From positions 250 through 64,249 of the forward strand of contig CAJQNO010000027.1 in NCBI GenBank assembly GCA_905479745.1: a DNA stretch of 64,000 bases, in the 5' to 3' direction. Under the pieces are notes generated by a model, which worked only from the letters and a program-made list of their open reading frames with translations, was not told the DNA's origin and did not search any database. A program made the translations under genes and the position numbers. Positions 11,142 through 20,206 of this stretch are shown here, one piece after another (position 1 is the stretch's first letter; each line of letters starts with the position of its first letter). Source of the stretch: an uncultured Flavobacteriaceae bacterium. Lineage in GTDB: Bacteria > Bacteroidota > Bacteroidia > Flavobacteriales > Flavobacteriaceae.

Positions 11142-11648
11142 ATGAAAAAAACAGTATTAAAATACGGTTTGTACAGTTTGCTAACTGCATCTGTACTTTT
11201 TCTGCTAGCCTTTCTTATAGGGGAAGGCATGAGTTATTCTGTACAGGAAGTCATTGGATATTTTACCATGGTGGCGTCTCTTGTCTTTGTTTTCTTCGGA
11301 ATTCGCCATTACAGAGATCATATAAATGATGGTAAAGTAAGCTTCGGAAGCGCATTGTGGTTAGGTTTTCTAATCTCCTTGTTCGCCGGGCTGGGATTTG
11401 GTGTAGTAGATTATATATACACCACAGTGATAAATCCCGATTTCGCGCAAGAGTATCTTGCCGCGATGACCTCCAAAATGGAGGTCACCCTGCCAGCCGA
11501 AGAATTTGAAACCCAGAAAGCGGTTCTTGAGCAACAAATGGAGGATTACGGAGGCTCCGGATTTATGGCCTTTATCATGTTTATAACCGTGGCCATGATA
11601 GGATTGGTAATTTCTATAATCTCGGCATTAATCTTACAACGAAAATAA
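11142..11648 (+). CDS. DUF4199 domain-containing membrane protein
   Basis: 168 aa, 4 predicted TM helices. The MKKTVLKYGLYSLL start is typical of the family as I recall it. Confidence 0.55.
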   Translation: MKKTVLKYGLYSLLTASVLFLLAFLIGEGMSYSVQEVIGYFTMVASLVFVFFGIRHYRDHINDGKVSFGSALWLGFLISLFAGLGFGVVDYIYTTVINPDFAQEYLAAMTSKMEVTLPAEEFETQKAVLEQQMEDYGGSGFMAFIMFITVAMIGLVISIISALILQRK

Positions 11649-11655
11649 ATTTATT

Positions 11656-12111
11656 ATGCAATACGAAGCGGAAACACCCGATGAATACATGAATATGATC
11701 CCGGAAGAACGCAAAGCACCAATGGCCAAACTGCGATCTGTCATCCTGAAGAACCTTCCAAAAGGTTTTGAAGAGGGAATGAGTTATAAGATGATAGGGT
11801 ATTATGTACCCCATAGCAAGTATCCCGATGGATATCATTGCGATCCTACACTTCCATTACCCTTTATGAGTATAGCCTCTCAGAAAAATTTCGTTGCGGT
11901 TTATCATATGGGTATGTATGCGAAAAAGGAACTATACAACTGGTTTGTTGGTGAATATCCAAAGCATTGTAAATACAAACTGGACATGGGCAAAAGTTGT
12001 ATACGATTTAAGCGCATTGATGATATTCCTTATGAACTTATAGGAGAACTTACGGGGAAAATGACGGTGAAGGAATGGATAGATATTTACGAATCGAATG
12101 TAAAAAGATAA
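11656..12111 (+). CDS. DUF1801 (YdhG-like) domain protein
   Basis: 151 aa. ...MSYKMIGYYVPHS...FMSIASQKNFVAVYHMG... resembles YdhG/DUF1801 proteins. Confidence 0.55.
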   Translation: MQYEAETPDEYMNMIPEERKAPMAKLRSVILKNLPKGFEEGMSYKMIGYYVPHSKYPDGYHCDPTLPLPFMSIASQKNFVAVYHMGMYAKKELYNWFVGEYPKHCKYKLDMGKSCIRFKRIDDIPYELIGELTGKMTVKEWIDIYESNVKR

Positions 12112-12116
12112 CGATC

Positions 12117-12503
12117 ATGAAAAAAAGAGTAACAGGACTAGGAGGATTCTTTTTTAAAACGAAAGATCCCGATATGGTAAAAACATGGTACAAGGAACAC
12201 CTGGGGATACCTACAGATCAATATGGATGGACGTTTTGGTGGAAGGACGAAGAAGGCCACAAATGTTCTACCCAATGGAGCCCATTTAAGGAAGATACCC
12301 AATACTTTAAACCCAGTGAAAAACAATTTATGATGAATTTCAGGGTAGAAAATCTAAAAGAACTACTCGATGCATTAAAAAATGAAGGAGTGACGGTTGT
12401 TGGTGAAATGGAGGAATACGACTACGGAAAATTTGGCTGGATCCTGGACCCTGAAGGAAATAAGATCGAGTTGTGGGAACCTGTAGATGCTGCTTTCGAA
12501 TAA
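12117..12503 (+). CDS. VOC (glyoxalase/bleomycin resistance) family protein
   Basis: MKKRVTGLGGFFFKTKDPDMVKTWYKEHLGI...DPEGNKIELWEP. Internal ATG at 12117 preferred over 12075. Confidence 0.7.
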   Translation: MKKRVTGLGGFFFKTKDPDMVKTWYKEHLGIPTDQYGWTFWWKDEEGHKCSTQWSPFKEDTQYFKPSEKQFMMNFRVENLKELLDALKNEGVTVVGEMEEYDYGKFGWILDPEGNKIELWEPVDAAFE

Positions 12504-12579
12504 TTCCCTTGATAAAAACATAGTGCTGCTATCATTATTTTTTATAATTTTAAAACTTACTTATTTAAAATAACCAACT

Positions 12580-12942
12580 ATGTCTGAAGAAAATAACAAG
12601 GATACATTCGACAATGCAAAGGAAAGTGTTGAGAATGCAGCCAATAAAATTGGTGAGGGAGCCAAGGAAGCAGCCGGCGAAATAAAAGAAGAGTGGAACC
12701 AGGTAACTCAAAGTGAGAACAAGAAAATGATCGCGGGTATCCTTGCGATCGTTATTGGATCTTTAGGTATCCACAAGTTTATCCTGGGATATACGCAGGA
12801 GGGGATCCTTCAAATTGTAATAACTTTTGTAACCTGTGGTATTGGTGGGATAATTCCATTGATAGAAGGTATTATCTACCTTACGAAGAGTGATGAAGAG
12901 TTCTATCAAACGTATCAGGTGAACAAAAAAGGCTGGTTTTAA
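12580..12942 (+). CDS. TM2 domain-containing protein
   Basis: 120 aa. Charged N-terminal tail, then the TM2 core (AGILAIVIGSLGIHKFILGY). Confidence 0.8.
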   Translation: MSEENNKDTFDNAKESVENAANKIGEGAKEAAGEIKEEWNQVTQSENKKMIAGILAIVIGSLGIHKFILGYTQEGILQIVITFVTCGIGGIIPLIEGIIYLTKSDEEFYQTYQVNKKGWF

Positions 12943-12982
12943 TTTCGTACTTTAGAATACTAACCAAAAAAGATAAATAATT

Positions 12983-13405
12983 ATGTCTGATGAAAACAAC
13001 GAAAACCTCGGGGATGAGCTAGAGGACAAGGCCAACGAATTAAACGAAGAAGCCAAGGATACAGCCGAAGAAATAAAACAAGAGGCTAAATCGACAGCTA
13101 AAGAATTCAAGGAAGGCTGGACCGAAGCTACCCAAAGTAAAGAGAACAAGAAACTCATTGCGGGTTTATTGGCACTCTTTGTGGGTTATCTGGGAATACA
13201 CAAATTTATTCTCGGATATAATAAAGAAGGGATTATTCTACTCGCGGGATTCGTGATCGGACTACTTACCTATTGCTTTATTATTGGGATTTTTATCATA
13301 ATGGCGGTAGCGATAATTCCTTTCATTGAAGGGATCATCTACCTCACCAAAAGTGACGAAGATTTCTACAACACCTACCAGGTAGGAAAGAAACCCTGGT
13401 TCTAG
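12983..13405 (+). CDS. TM2 domain-containing protein (tandem paralog)
   Basis: 140 aa. Same architecture and shared C-terminus as the gene before it (IEGIIYLTKSDE-FY-TYQV-KK-WF). Confidence 0.8.
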   Translation: MSDENNENLGDELEDKANELNEEAKDTAEEIKQEAKSTAKEFKEGWTEATQSKENKKLIAGLLALFVGYLGIHKFILGYNKEGIILLAGFVIGLLTYCFIIGIFIIMAVAIIPFIEGIIYLTKSDEDFYNTYQVGKKPWF

Positions 13406-13420
13406 GATCAACAAAATACA

Positions 13421-13457
13421 AAAGCTTTCAGAAGAAATTCCTACTGAAAGCTTTTTT
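13421..13457 (+). terminator. Rho-independent terminator
   Basis: AAAGCTTTCAG (13421-13431) pairs with CTGAAAGCTTT (13444-13454) and is followed by a T-run. Confidence 0.6.
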
Positions 13458-13502
13458 AATTAGCTATAATATCGTAATATTGCGATATATAAATTATGTT
13501 TT

Positions 13503-13826
13503 ATGGGCGTTTCAAAAAGACATTTGCATTCCATGCAGGTAAATCAACTGGCAGATCTGGCCAAGGTGTTGTCGCACCCGGCCAGAATTTCAATACTTAA
13601 TTACATCGGCGATTGCGATGGTTGCTTATGTAAGGATATTTCAGAAAAAATAAGACTCTCACAGCCCACTACCTCTCAGCATCTCCAGGTGATAAAGAAA
13701 TCTGGATTATTGCGTAGCAAATTTGAAGGAAAAGCACAGTATTACTATATCAACAAAGATAAACTCACCGCACTCAAAGAACTTTTCACCGAATTTTTTG
13801 AAACTACAGAACGAAAATGTTGCTAA
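13503..13826 (+). CDS. arsR: ArsR/SmtB family metalloregulatory repressor
   Basis: 107 aa. LAKVLSHPARISILNYI...CLCKDISEKIRLSQPTTSQHLQVIKKSGLL is the winged HTH, with Cys residues at the metal site. Confidence 0.85.
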   Translation: MGVSKRHLHSMQVNQLADLAKVLSHPARISILNYIGDCDGCLCKDISEKIRLSQPTTSQHLQVIKKSGLLRSKFEGKAQYYYINKDKLTALKELFTEFFETTERKCC

Positions 13827-13843
13827 CTCCTTAACGGGCATTC

Positions 13844-14152
13844 ATGAAAACACAAGAATTTCTATCGTTATTGCAGGCTCATTTGGACAAAGCACTAGAT
13901 ATCCTCAATGAAGTTCCGGGAATGAGAGCATTCGATCCTACTTCAGAAATTAAAATAGAGTACGTGATTAAAAATTTTCATACCACTCAATTCATTATTG
14001 GTGATCATATAAAACAAGGCAGTCGTCTGGTCATTTCACTCGCAGCTACAAGTACAGATTTCAAAGCGAAAGTTGATTGTGGAATTCCGAGCGTGATATC
14101 GAAGGTAGCTGCAGCTATGGTTTGTTGTAATACCCGCAGTAGATATTGTTAG
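13844..14152 (+). CDS. small ars-cluster-associated protein with Cys-rich C-terminus (possibly a short DUF6428-like protein)
   Basis: 102-aa ORF between arsR and arsN-arsC. Ends ...DCGIPSVISKVAAAMVCCNTRSRYC. The family assignment is only a recollection. Confidence 0.4.
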   Translation: MKTQEFLSLLQAHLDKALDILNEVPGMRAFDPTSEIKIEYVIKNFHTTQFIIGDHIKQGSRLVISLAATSTDFKAKVDCGIPSVISKVAAAMVCCNTRSRYC

Positions 14153-14155
14153 ACT

Positions 14156-15058
14156 ATGAAAATACTACCTCTTCAAAAAGAACATTATCCTCAGGTAGCC
14201 CGGATCTATAAGGAAGGCCTGGCTACCGGTATTGCCACCTTCGAGACTGAGGTCCCTGATTGGGATACATGGAACAAAAAATTCTTACCTCATGGCCGAT
14301 TTGTGATCGAAGAAAACCATGAGGTCATGGCGTGGTGTGCCTTAAGCCCTACCTCCCAGAGAGCTGTATATAAAGGCGTAGTTGAAAATACTGTGTATGT
14401 GGGTGCAGCCCATCAGCGCAAAGGCTATGGAAGAATGTTACTTGAGTTCTTAATAGAATTTAGTGAAAAGGAAGGCTACTGGACCTTACAGGCCGCTATT
14501 TTCCCCCAGAACCGGGCGAGTATAAAACTTCATAAGGATTGTGGTTTCAGAGTATTAGGGATTCGAGAAAAGATCGCACAACGCCATGGGGTATGGCATG
14601 ATAATGTGCTTATGGAGCGCCGAAGCAAAAAGATAAACTTTATAAAGAACGTGCTGGTTCTATGTACTGGAAACAGTTGCAGGAGCCAGATGGCCCATGG
14701 ATATTTAAAGGGCATGGCTAAGCAAAAAGCACAAATTTACAGCGCTGGGATAGAAACTCATGGTTTAAATCTGAACGCGGTTTCCATCATGGCCGAGGAT
14801 GGTATAGATATTAGTTCTCACACGTCAAATCACATTGAGGAGTATGAAGGTATCAGCTGGGATTTTATAATTACAGTTTGCGACCATGCGCATGAGAATT
14901 GCCCTATCATAAAGGCACCTAGTGCAGTTAGATTGCATCAAAACTTCAGCGACCCATCCAAAATAACAGGTTCTAACAAAGAAATTCATGCAGCATTTCT
15001 TAAGACCAGAAATGCGATAAAGGAATATTGTCGTAAGTTTATAGAAACAAACCTATAA
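14156..15058 (+). CDS. arsC: fusion protein: GNAT N-acetyltransferase (PAT/ArsN1-like) + thioredoxin-coupled LMW-PTP-type arsenate reductase
   Basis: The N-terminal ~165 aa are phosphinothricin-acetyltransferase-like (HQRKGYGRMLLEF..., HKDCGFRVLG). The C-terminal half aligns residue-by-residue with S. aureus pI258 ArsC (LCTGNSCRSQMA P-loop, YSAGIETHG, ITVCDHAHENCP with the Cys82/Cys89 equivalents). Confidence 0.85.
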   Translation: MKILPLQKEHYPQVARIYKEGLATGIATFETEVPDWDTWNKKFLPHGRFVIEENHEVMAWCALSPTSQRAVYKGVVENTVYVGAAHQRKGYGRMLLEFLIEFSEKEGYWTLQAAIFPQNRASIKLHKDCGFRVLGIREKIAQRHGVWHDNVLMERRSKKINFIKNVLVLCTGNSCRSQMAHGYLKGMAKQKAQIYSAGIETHGLNLNAVSIMAEDGIDISSHTSNHIEEYEGISWDFIITVCDHAHENCPIIKAPSAVRLHQNFSDPSKITGSNKEIHAAFLKTRNAIKEYCRKFIETNL

Positions 15059-15062
15059 TCTC

Positions 15063-15425
15063 ATGTCTTTCGCAAGCACTCTGCTCATAGGCTTTATCGC
15101 CTTATTACATCTTTATATCATGTGGTTTGAAATGTTTGCCTGGACTACCCGAGGGCGAAAGGTATTTCGCAATTTCCCTAAGGAACTGTTCGAGCCTACC
15201 AAACCTATGGCAGCTAATCAAGGACTGTATAACGGTTTTCTTGCTGCCGGGCTGATCTGGAGCTTCTTTATCGAAAATGAACAATGGCGTACTAATGTAG
15301 CCATGTTCTTCTTAATATGTGTAGCGGTTGCCGGGATCTATGGTTCCATAACGGCCAGCCGAAAGATCTTCTTTGTTCAGGCGCTACCAGCACTAATAGC
15401 GATTTCTGCCCTACTGATAGGCTAA
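15063..15425 (+). CDS. DUF1304 domain-containing membrane protein
   Basis: 120 aa, 4 TM. HLYIMWFEMFAWTTRGRKVF...ANQGLYNGFLAAGL is typical of the family. Confidence 0.65.
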   Translation: MSFASTLLIGFIALLHLYIMWFEMFAWTTRGRKVFRNFPKELFEPTKPMAANQGLYNGFLAAGLIWSFFIENEQWRTNVAMFFLICVAVAGIYGSITASRKIFFVQALPALIAISALLIG

Positions 15426-15629
15426 ATCCATTTCTTTTCGGCAATAATATATTTTTAAGTCCCTAGTTTTTAGTGAGATAATTTTTCTACCTTTATCTAG
15501 CTAACTAACTAACCAATGCCAACCTCCGCACTTTTGCTATCACACTATCTATGGCAAAAATCCACTTTTTTTACGTTAATAATTCCCTTTCAATTTTATG
15601 GAAATCAGGTTTGGTGTAGTTCTTAATTA

Positions 15630-16673
15630 ATGTATATGAATCTGCATAAATCTTTTATTCTTGCCATTATTTTGGGTATGGCTTCTGTTATTTGTTGGGA
15701 ATTGTTTTGGAGATCTCAAGGGTTGGAACCCAATATAGACGACAACAACAATTTGTCTTCCATTCAACGAGCAAAGTTGAAAAATCCTTCAAACGATCAG
15801 GTTGTTTTCATCGGGTCATCAAGGATATTGTTCGATATTCAATTGGATCTGTGGAAAGAACAAACCGGCACCGAACCGGTTATGCTGGCATTTCAAGGTG
15901 CTTCTCCGCTACCTACCTTGCAGGACATTGTTGAAAATACCGATTTTAATGGCACTATTATCGTGGGTGTTACTGAAGGTTTGTTCTTTTCAACCACCTT
16001 CGATAAAGCCCCGCCTATAAGTCGTGCCAAGGAGCGTATTCAGCACTATTATGACAGAACCTATGCACAACGTCTCAACCACCTTTTATCCATTCCCTTG
16101 CAAAAAAACCTGGCCTTTGTTACTGTTGCCGATGAGACCTGGGATTCGGATGTGGATCTCAAAACCTTATTAATACTATTAAGAAAAGGAGAGCGGGCGG
16201 GTCCTCTCCCTGCACCCTTCTATCAATTTGAAGATGTCTCCCTGGACAGAAACGTACAGATGACAAAAAGAGCGACCAACGATACCGCCTATGCAAATAC
16301 CATAAAATTAGCCTGGCAGGATATGCTCTCCGGCGATATGCCACCACCAGACAAAAAGGGAACTACCGAATTTTTCCTGAAATACGCTGAGAAATTTCGT
16401 GAAAGAGGAGGACAAATAATCTTAGTTCGATGCCCTTCGGATGGTTGGTTCAAGGAGATCGAAGCAAAGGGTTTTCCTCGTACCGAATACTGGGACTCCC
16501 TGGTCTTGAGATCGAAATTTCCGGCCTATCATTACGCAGATTATCAACAATTCCACGATCTAAACCTCCCGGAATGGTCTCACCTGTCTAAAGAGGACGC
16601 CGATTTCTTTACCACCGAATTGATAAAAATCCTGAAAAAGGACGGAGTATTAACCCATTCTAAAACCGAATAG
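15630..16673 (+). CDS. membrane-anchored hypothetical protein, likely partner of the downstream MBOAT acyltransferase
   Basis: 347 aa with one N-terminal TM. The stop lies 3 nt before the MBOAT start. No motif I can name. Confidence 0.6.
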   Translation: MYMNLHKSFILAIILGMASVICWELFWRSQGLEPNIDDNNNLSSIQRAKLKNPSNDQVVFIGSSRILFDIQLDLWKEQTGTEPVMLAFQGASPLPTLQDIVENTDFNGTIIVGVTEGLFFSTTFDKAPPISRAKERIQHYYDRTYAQRLNHLLSIPLQKNLAFVTVADETWDSDVDLKTLLILLRKGERAGPLPAPFYQFEDVSLDRNVQMTKRATNDTAYANTIKLAWQDMLSGDMPPPDKKGTTEFFLKYAEKFRERGGQIILVRCPSDGWFKEIEAKGFPRTEYWDSLVLRSKFPAYHYADYQQFHDLNLPEWSHLSKEDADFFTTELIKILKKDGVLTHSKTE

Positions 16674-16675
16674 TT

Positions 16676-18091
16676 ATGCTCTTTAATTCCTTAAGCTTTG
16701 TGGTTTTTCTCGTTCTGGTGCTGGCTTTGTATTACTCAAAAATATTTGGCTGGACCGGCAAAAAAAGAATGCTGTTGCTGGCGAGTTATGTGTTTTATGG
16801 ACTATGGAACCCTCCCCTGGTCATCCTGCTATGGATCTCTACAGTAGTAGATTATACCGCCGGAAAGAAACTCGCTGTCCTGGCGGACAAGCGTAAAAGA
16901 AAGTTATGGTTGTTGCTAAGTATGTTCGTGAATCTTGGTTTCCTTGCCTTTTTTAAATACGGCGACTTTCTACTGGAGAATTTTACCGGCTTGCTAAATG
17001 CGGTGGGCGTGGACTACACAGCCAGGCCCATGGATATTATCTTGCCAATGGGAATCTCGTTTTACACTTTCCAGACCATGTCGTATACCATCGATATGTA
17101 TAACCGCCGCCTGGAGCCTGCCCGCACCTTTCTGGATTTTGCGTTATATGTAACCTTTTTTCCTCAATTGGTGGCAGGACCGATTGTTCGAGCTAAAGAA
17201 CTTCTCACCCAATTTTACACCGAAAAGAAAGCTACAGCCAACCAATTTATGTGGGGGCTTTTCTTGCTTACCATTGGTTTATTTCAAAAGGTTGTTCTGG
17301 CAGATACCTTACTATCCGGTACTGCCGATACAGTTTTTGGAAGCAGGGAAGTACTCTATAGTCTTGATGCCTGGACTGGAACCCTGGCATTTTCAGGGCA
17401 GATATTTTTCGATTTTGCCGGGTATTCTACCTGTGCGATCGGGATCGCACTTATGTTAGGGATCACCCTTCCGGATAACTTCCGTTATCCTTACGCCGCC
17501 ATTGGGTTTTCAGATCTATGGCGCAGGTGGCATATATCACTTTCCACCTGGCTGAGGGATTATTTATACATCCCTTTAGGTGGGAATCGACATGGTATAA
17601 CGCGTATGTACGTTGCCTTAATGCTAACCATGTTATTGGGGGGGCTTTGGCACGGAGCTGCCTGGACCTTTGTGGTCTGGGGCGCATTACACGGAATTTA
17701 CCTGGTTGTGGAACGACTTCTAAAGGGGGTGGTAAAGGTGAAGATCAATGCCTGGAATGGTATTGTTTTGGCCTTTCTCACTTATACCCTGGTGAATATT
17801 ACCTGGGTCTTCTTCCGGGCCCGGGAATTTGGCACCGCCTGGAATATGATCAAGTCCATGTTCTTCCTAAATGATGAGGGCGCAAAGGTCTTATATGAGT
17901 TCGACATTGCTAAAGTATTGCTAATCATCACCGGACTATTTATTTGTCATTGGGTAATGCGAAATACTTCAATGAAGGAAGTAGCCCAGAGAACCAATCC
18001 CTGGGTATTTGGTGTATTTTGGGCAATCCTATTCTTTCTTATCGTAATTTCTCAAGGAAGCGGTGAGCAATTCATCTATTTCCAATTCTAA
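16676..18091 (+). CDS. MBOAT family O-acyltransferase (AlgI/DltB-like)
   Basis: 471 aa, polytopic. SFYTFQTMSYTIDMY, FWRRWHISLSTWLRDYLYIPLGGNR and GLWHGAAW contain the conserved His. Confidence 0.9.
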   Translation: MLFNSLSFVVFLVLVLALYYSKIFGWTGKKRMLLLASYVFYGLWNPPLVILLWISTVVDYTAGKKLAVLADKRKRKLWLLLSMFVNLGFLAFFKYGDFLLENFTGLLNAVGVDYTARPMDIILPMGISFYTFQTMSYTIDMYNRRLEPARTFLDFALYVTFFPQLVAGPIVRAKELLTQFYTEKKATANQFMWGLFLLTIGLFQKVVLADTLLSGTADTVFGSREVLYSLDAWTGTLAFSGQIFFDFAGYSTCAIGIALMLGITLPDNFRYPYAAIGFSDLWRRWHISLSTWLRDYLYIPLGGNRHGITRMYVALMLTMLLGGLWHGAAWTFVVWGALHGIYLVVERLLKGVVKVKINAWNGIVLAFLTYTLVNITWVFFRAREFGTAWNMIKSMFFLNDEGAKVLYEFDIAKVLLIITGLFICHWVMRNTSMKEVAQRTNPWVFGVFWAILFFLIVISQGSGEQFIYFQF

Positions 18092-18159
18092 TGCTTTGGT
18101 AAATGTTTAAATTTCATCCTAAAATTGGCTATCTTCAAATATTTCAAAATTAAATACGC

Positions 18160-18495
18160 ATGAAACATAAAACACCCAATTGGACCAAACACGAATTACA
18201 GATCTATATCATGCTACTCGCAGCGCAAATAGACAAAGAGATCGACGAGGAAGAATTGAGCATGATCAAATCTAAAACAGACGAGGAAACCTTCGAGAAA
18301 ATGTACGGCGAATTTAAAAAGGACAGCAATAAAAAACGCCTGGCAAAAATAAGGGGAGGAATAGATCAACACGAATATTCGCATATGGAACTTGTAGAAT
18401 TTCGAAAGGAGATTAGTGAGATATTCCTGGCAGATAATAAATTTAAACCCAGAGAACAACACCTGGACCGAATCCTGGACAATATATTATACTAG
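18160..18495 (+). CDS. hypothetical protein
   Basis: 111-aa charged helical ORF with no overlapping competitor. No family recognised. Confidence 0.5.
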   Translation: MKHKTPNWTKHELQIYIMLLAAQIDKEIDEEELSMIKSKTDEETFEKMYGEFKKDSNKKRLAKIRGGIDQHEYSHMELVEFRKEISEIFLADNKFKPREQHLDRILDNILY

Positions 18496-18591
18496 AATTC
18501 CTGCCTTTTTCTCTTTGGTTTAGACTGAATTAAATGCTAATTCCCCCCTTTCGGAAAAGTTGATATTTCATCCATAATCTGTGCAATAACA

Positions 18592-19338
18592 ATGATTAAG
18601 TTCTTCAGAAAAATCCGCCAAAGTTTACTCACCGAAAACAAATTGAGTAAATACCTGCTCTACGCCATTGGGGAAATAGTTCTGGTGGTTGTGGGTATAC
18701 TCTTGGCATTACAACTCAACACTTGGAATGCCGAACGAATTCAGAAACAGGAGATAAATTCCACGTACGAGCGAATGCTTGAAGAGATTAGAGAAACCAA
18801 ACTATTGGCGAACAATAAGATTCGCGCTATAGACTCTGTCGTTAAAAGTAAAAACATAAGGACTTTGCACCTTATGAGTATGCAGAATAAGGATTCGTTG
18901 GCCGCAATCTATAATTCGATCGAAGGGCTCACACAAGTAATAAGTGTTGTTTTCGACATGCCCACAACAAGTGAATTCCTAAACGACAAAAATGTTTCAT
19001 TATTAAAGAATATACGCCTTAAAACCCTGCTACTGCGCACCAAGCAAAATTTAAAATTTGCGGAGGTGATCGAAAACTACTCCTTGACTCAGCTCAATAC
19101 GATCATTGAACCTTTTGTAATGAAAAACCTCAATTACGCCAAAATGACTCACGGAAGGGATATGGTTGAAATTAATTCTCCAACAGATTTTTCGGTGTTT
19201 ACAAATAACCTTGAGCTGGAAAATCTTATTAATATGAAGATAGAAACAGACAACACCAAACTGGACTTTCTTTTAAATTTTGATAAAATTCTTGAAGCCA
19301 CTGCCAATGAGATCGAATCTGAATTAAATTCGGGCTAG
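18592..19338 (+). CDS. DUF6090-like membrane-anchored protein
   Basis: N-terminus MIKFFRKIRQSLLTENKLSKYLLYAIGEIVLVVVGILLALQLNTWN is the stereotyped flavobacterial DUF6090 start as I recall it. Confidence 0.6.
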   Translation: MIKFFRKIRQSLLTENKLSKYLLYAIGEIVLVVVGILLALQLNTWNAERIQKQEINSTYERMLEEIRETKLLANNKIRAIDSVVKSKNIRTLHLMSMQNKDSLAAIYNSIEGLTQVISVVFDMPTTSEFLNDKNVSLLKNIRLKTLLLRTKQNLKFAEVIENYSLTQLNTIIEPFVMKNLNYAKMTHGRDMVEINSPTDFSVFTNNLELENLINMKIETDNTKLDFLLNFDKILEATANEIESELNSG

Positions 19339-19453
19339 TGAGTGCGATCGATATCATAACTATAATTGTTGTAATTCTATTCGCCCGCCTGGGAATCCGC
19401 CTCTTATTCCGTTATATAAAGATGAAAAGACAAAAGGATCGCGATAAAAAATA

Positions 19454-19485
19454 AAAAGCCTTCCCGTAATGGAAGGCTTTTTTAA
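19454..19485. terminator. bidirectional Rho-independent terminator between convergent genes
   Basis: AAAAGCCTTCC (19454-19464), loop CGTAAT, GGAAGGCTTTT (19471-19481). A-run upstream and T-run downstream. Confidence 0.65.
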
Positions 19486-19504
19486 TACAGTTTGTAAATT
19501 ACTG

Positions 19505-20044
19505 CTATTCCATTTTCTCACCCTGACCGTGCAAATACATCATTAGCCCGGTGAAATCTCCAAACACTTGTTGTCTCACGATCTTTCCATCTTGGTTAAA
19601 GTCGAAGGACTCGTATAGCTGTATGGTTGCACTACGGGCTTCTGTGGAGTCTGTAGCTGGTAAAGTAACTTCCCAAAGCGGGTAATGCCTCACCGAACCA
19701 TCCGGCTTGGTTCCACCTCTTTCTACTCCTGGTAACAAAGTGGCTTCACTTACCATTCGGAAATCGTAATCTGCCCACATCTGTTTATCGAAAGCCTTCA
19801 TCTCTTCAAGCGACAAGGAATCTTTTTTCGCACCAAATGCGGTGTCGTACATATAGAAATCGTCTGCATACATCGAATAATCCAGGTTTTCTTCCTGCCA
19901 GCCTTTTAAATTGGCCATAACGGTTTCAGAATTTGCCTTGAAAGCAGCAGCAACTGCATCGGCATGATCATGATCCCCATCGTGTTCGTTCTTGCAAGAA
20001 CCAAAAATCAGGATAAAGGATAATAGGGAAAGTAAGATCTTCAT
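19505..20044 (-). CDS. lipoprotein, unknown function
   Basis: 179 aa. Lipobox LIFGSC followed by a His/Asp-rich linker (NEHDGDHDHAD). Confidence 0.6.
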   Translation of the reverse strand: MKILLSLLSFILIFGSCKNEHDGDHDHADAVAAAFKANSETVMANLKGWQEENLDYSMYADDFYMYDTAFGAKKDSLSLEEMKAFDKQMWADYDFRMVSEATLLPGVERGGTKPDGSVRHYPLWEVTLPATDSTEARSATIQLYESFDFNQDGKIVRQQVFGDFTGLMMYLHGQGEKME

Positions 20045-20206
20045 AATTGGAGTTTTAGATTGTTAATTATCTGAAAGTTAATAAATTATAATTCAATTTA
20101 AATCAATTCCATCACAATTACGATATAATTCCGTTTGCAGCTGTTAAACTGTAGAAAAGCCTTACATTTTTTCGTACCTTTTTGTGAAATTTAATACCGT
20201 TTTGTA

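Noticed and set aside
11084-11329. 81-aa ORF overlapping the DUF4199 gene start.
   Set aside because: An alternative frame of a supported membrane-protein gene. The Cys/Arg-rich translation is atypical.
13723-13911. 62-aa ORF bridging the arsR 3' end and the next gene.
   Set aside because: Out of frame with both well-supported neighbours, with no coding-like composition.
15497-15514. (CTAA)3 microrepeat in the intergenic region upstream of the MBOAT partner gene.
   Set aside because: Too short to be more than chance or a minor slippage tract. It lies outside any ORF, so no phase-variation mechanism is evident.
19338-19454. 38-codon ORF (VSAIDIITIIVVILFARLGIRLLFRYIKMKRQKDRDKK) between the DUF6090 gene and the terminator.
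   Set aside because: It looks like a plausible single-TM micro-protein, but it depends on a GTG overlapping the upstream stop and I cannot support it further. Left out of the feature list.
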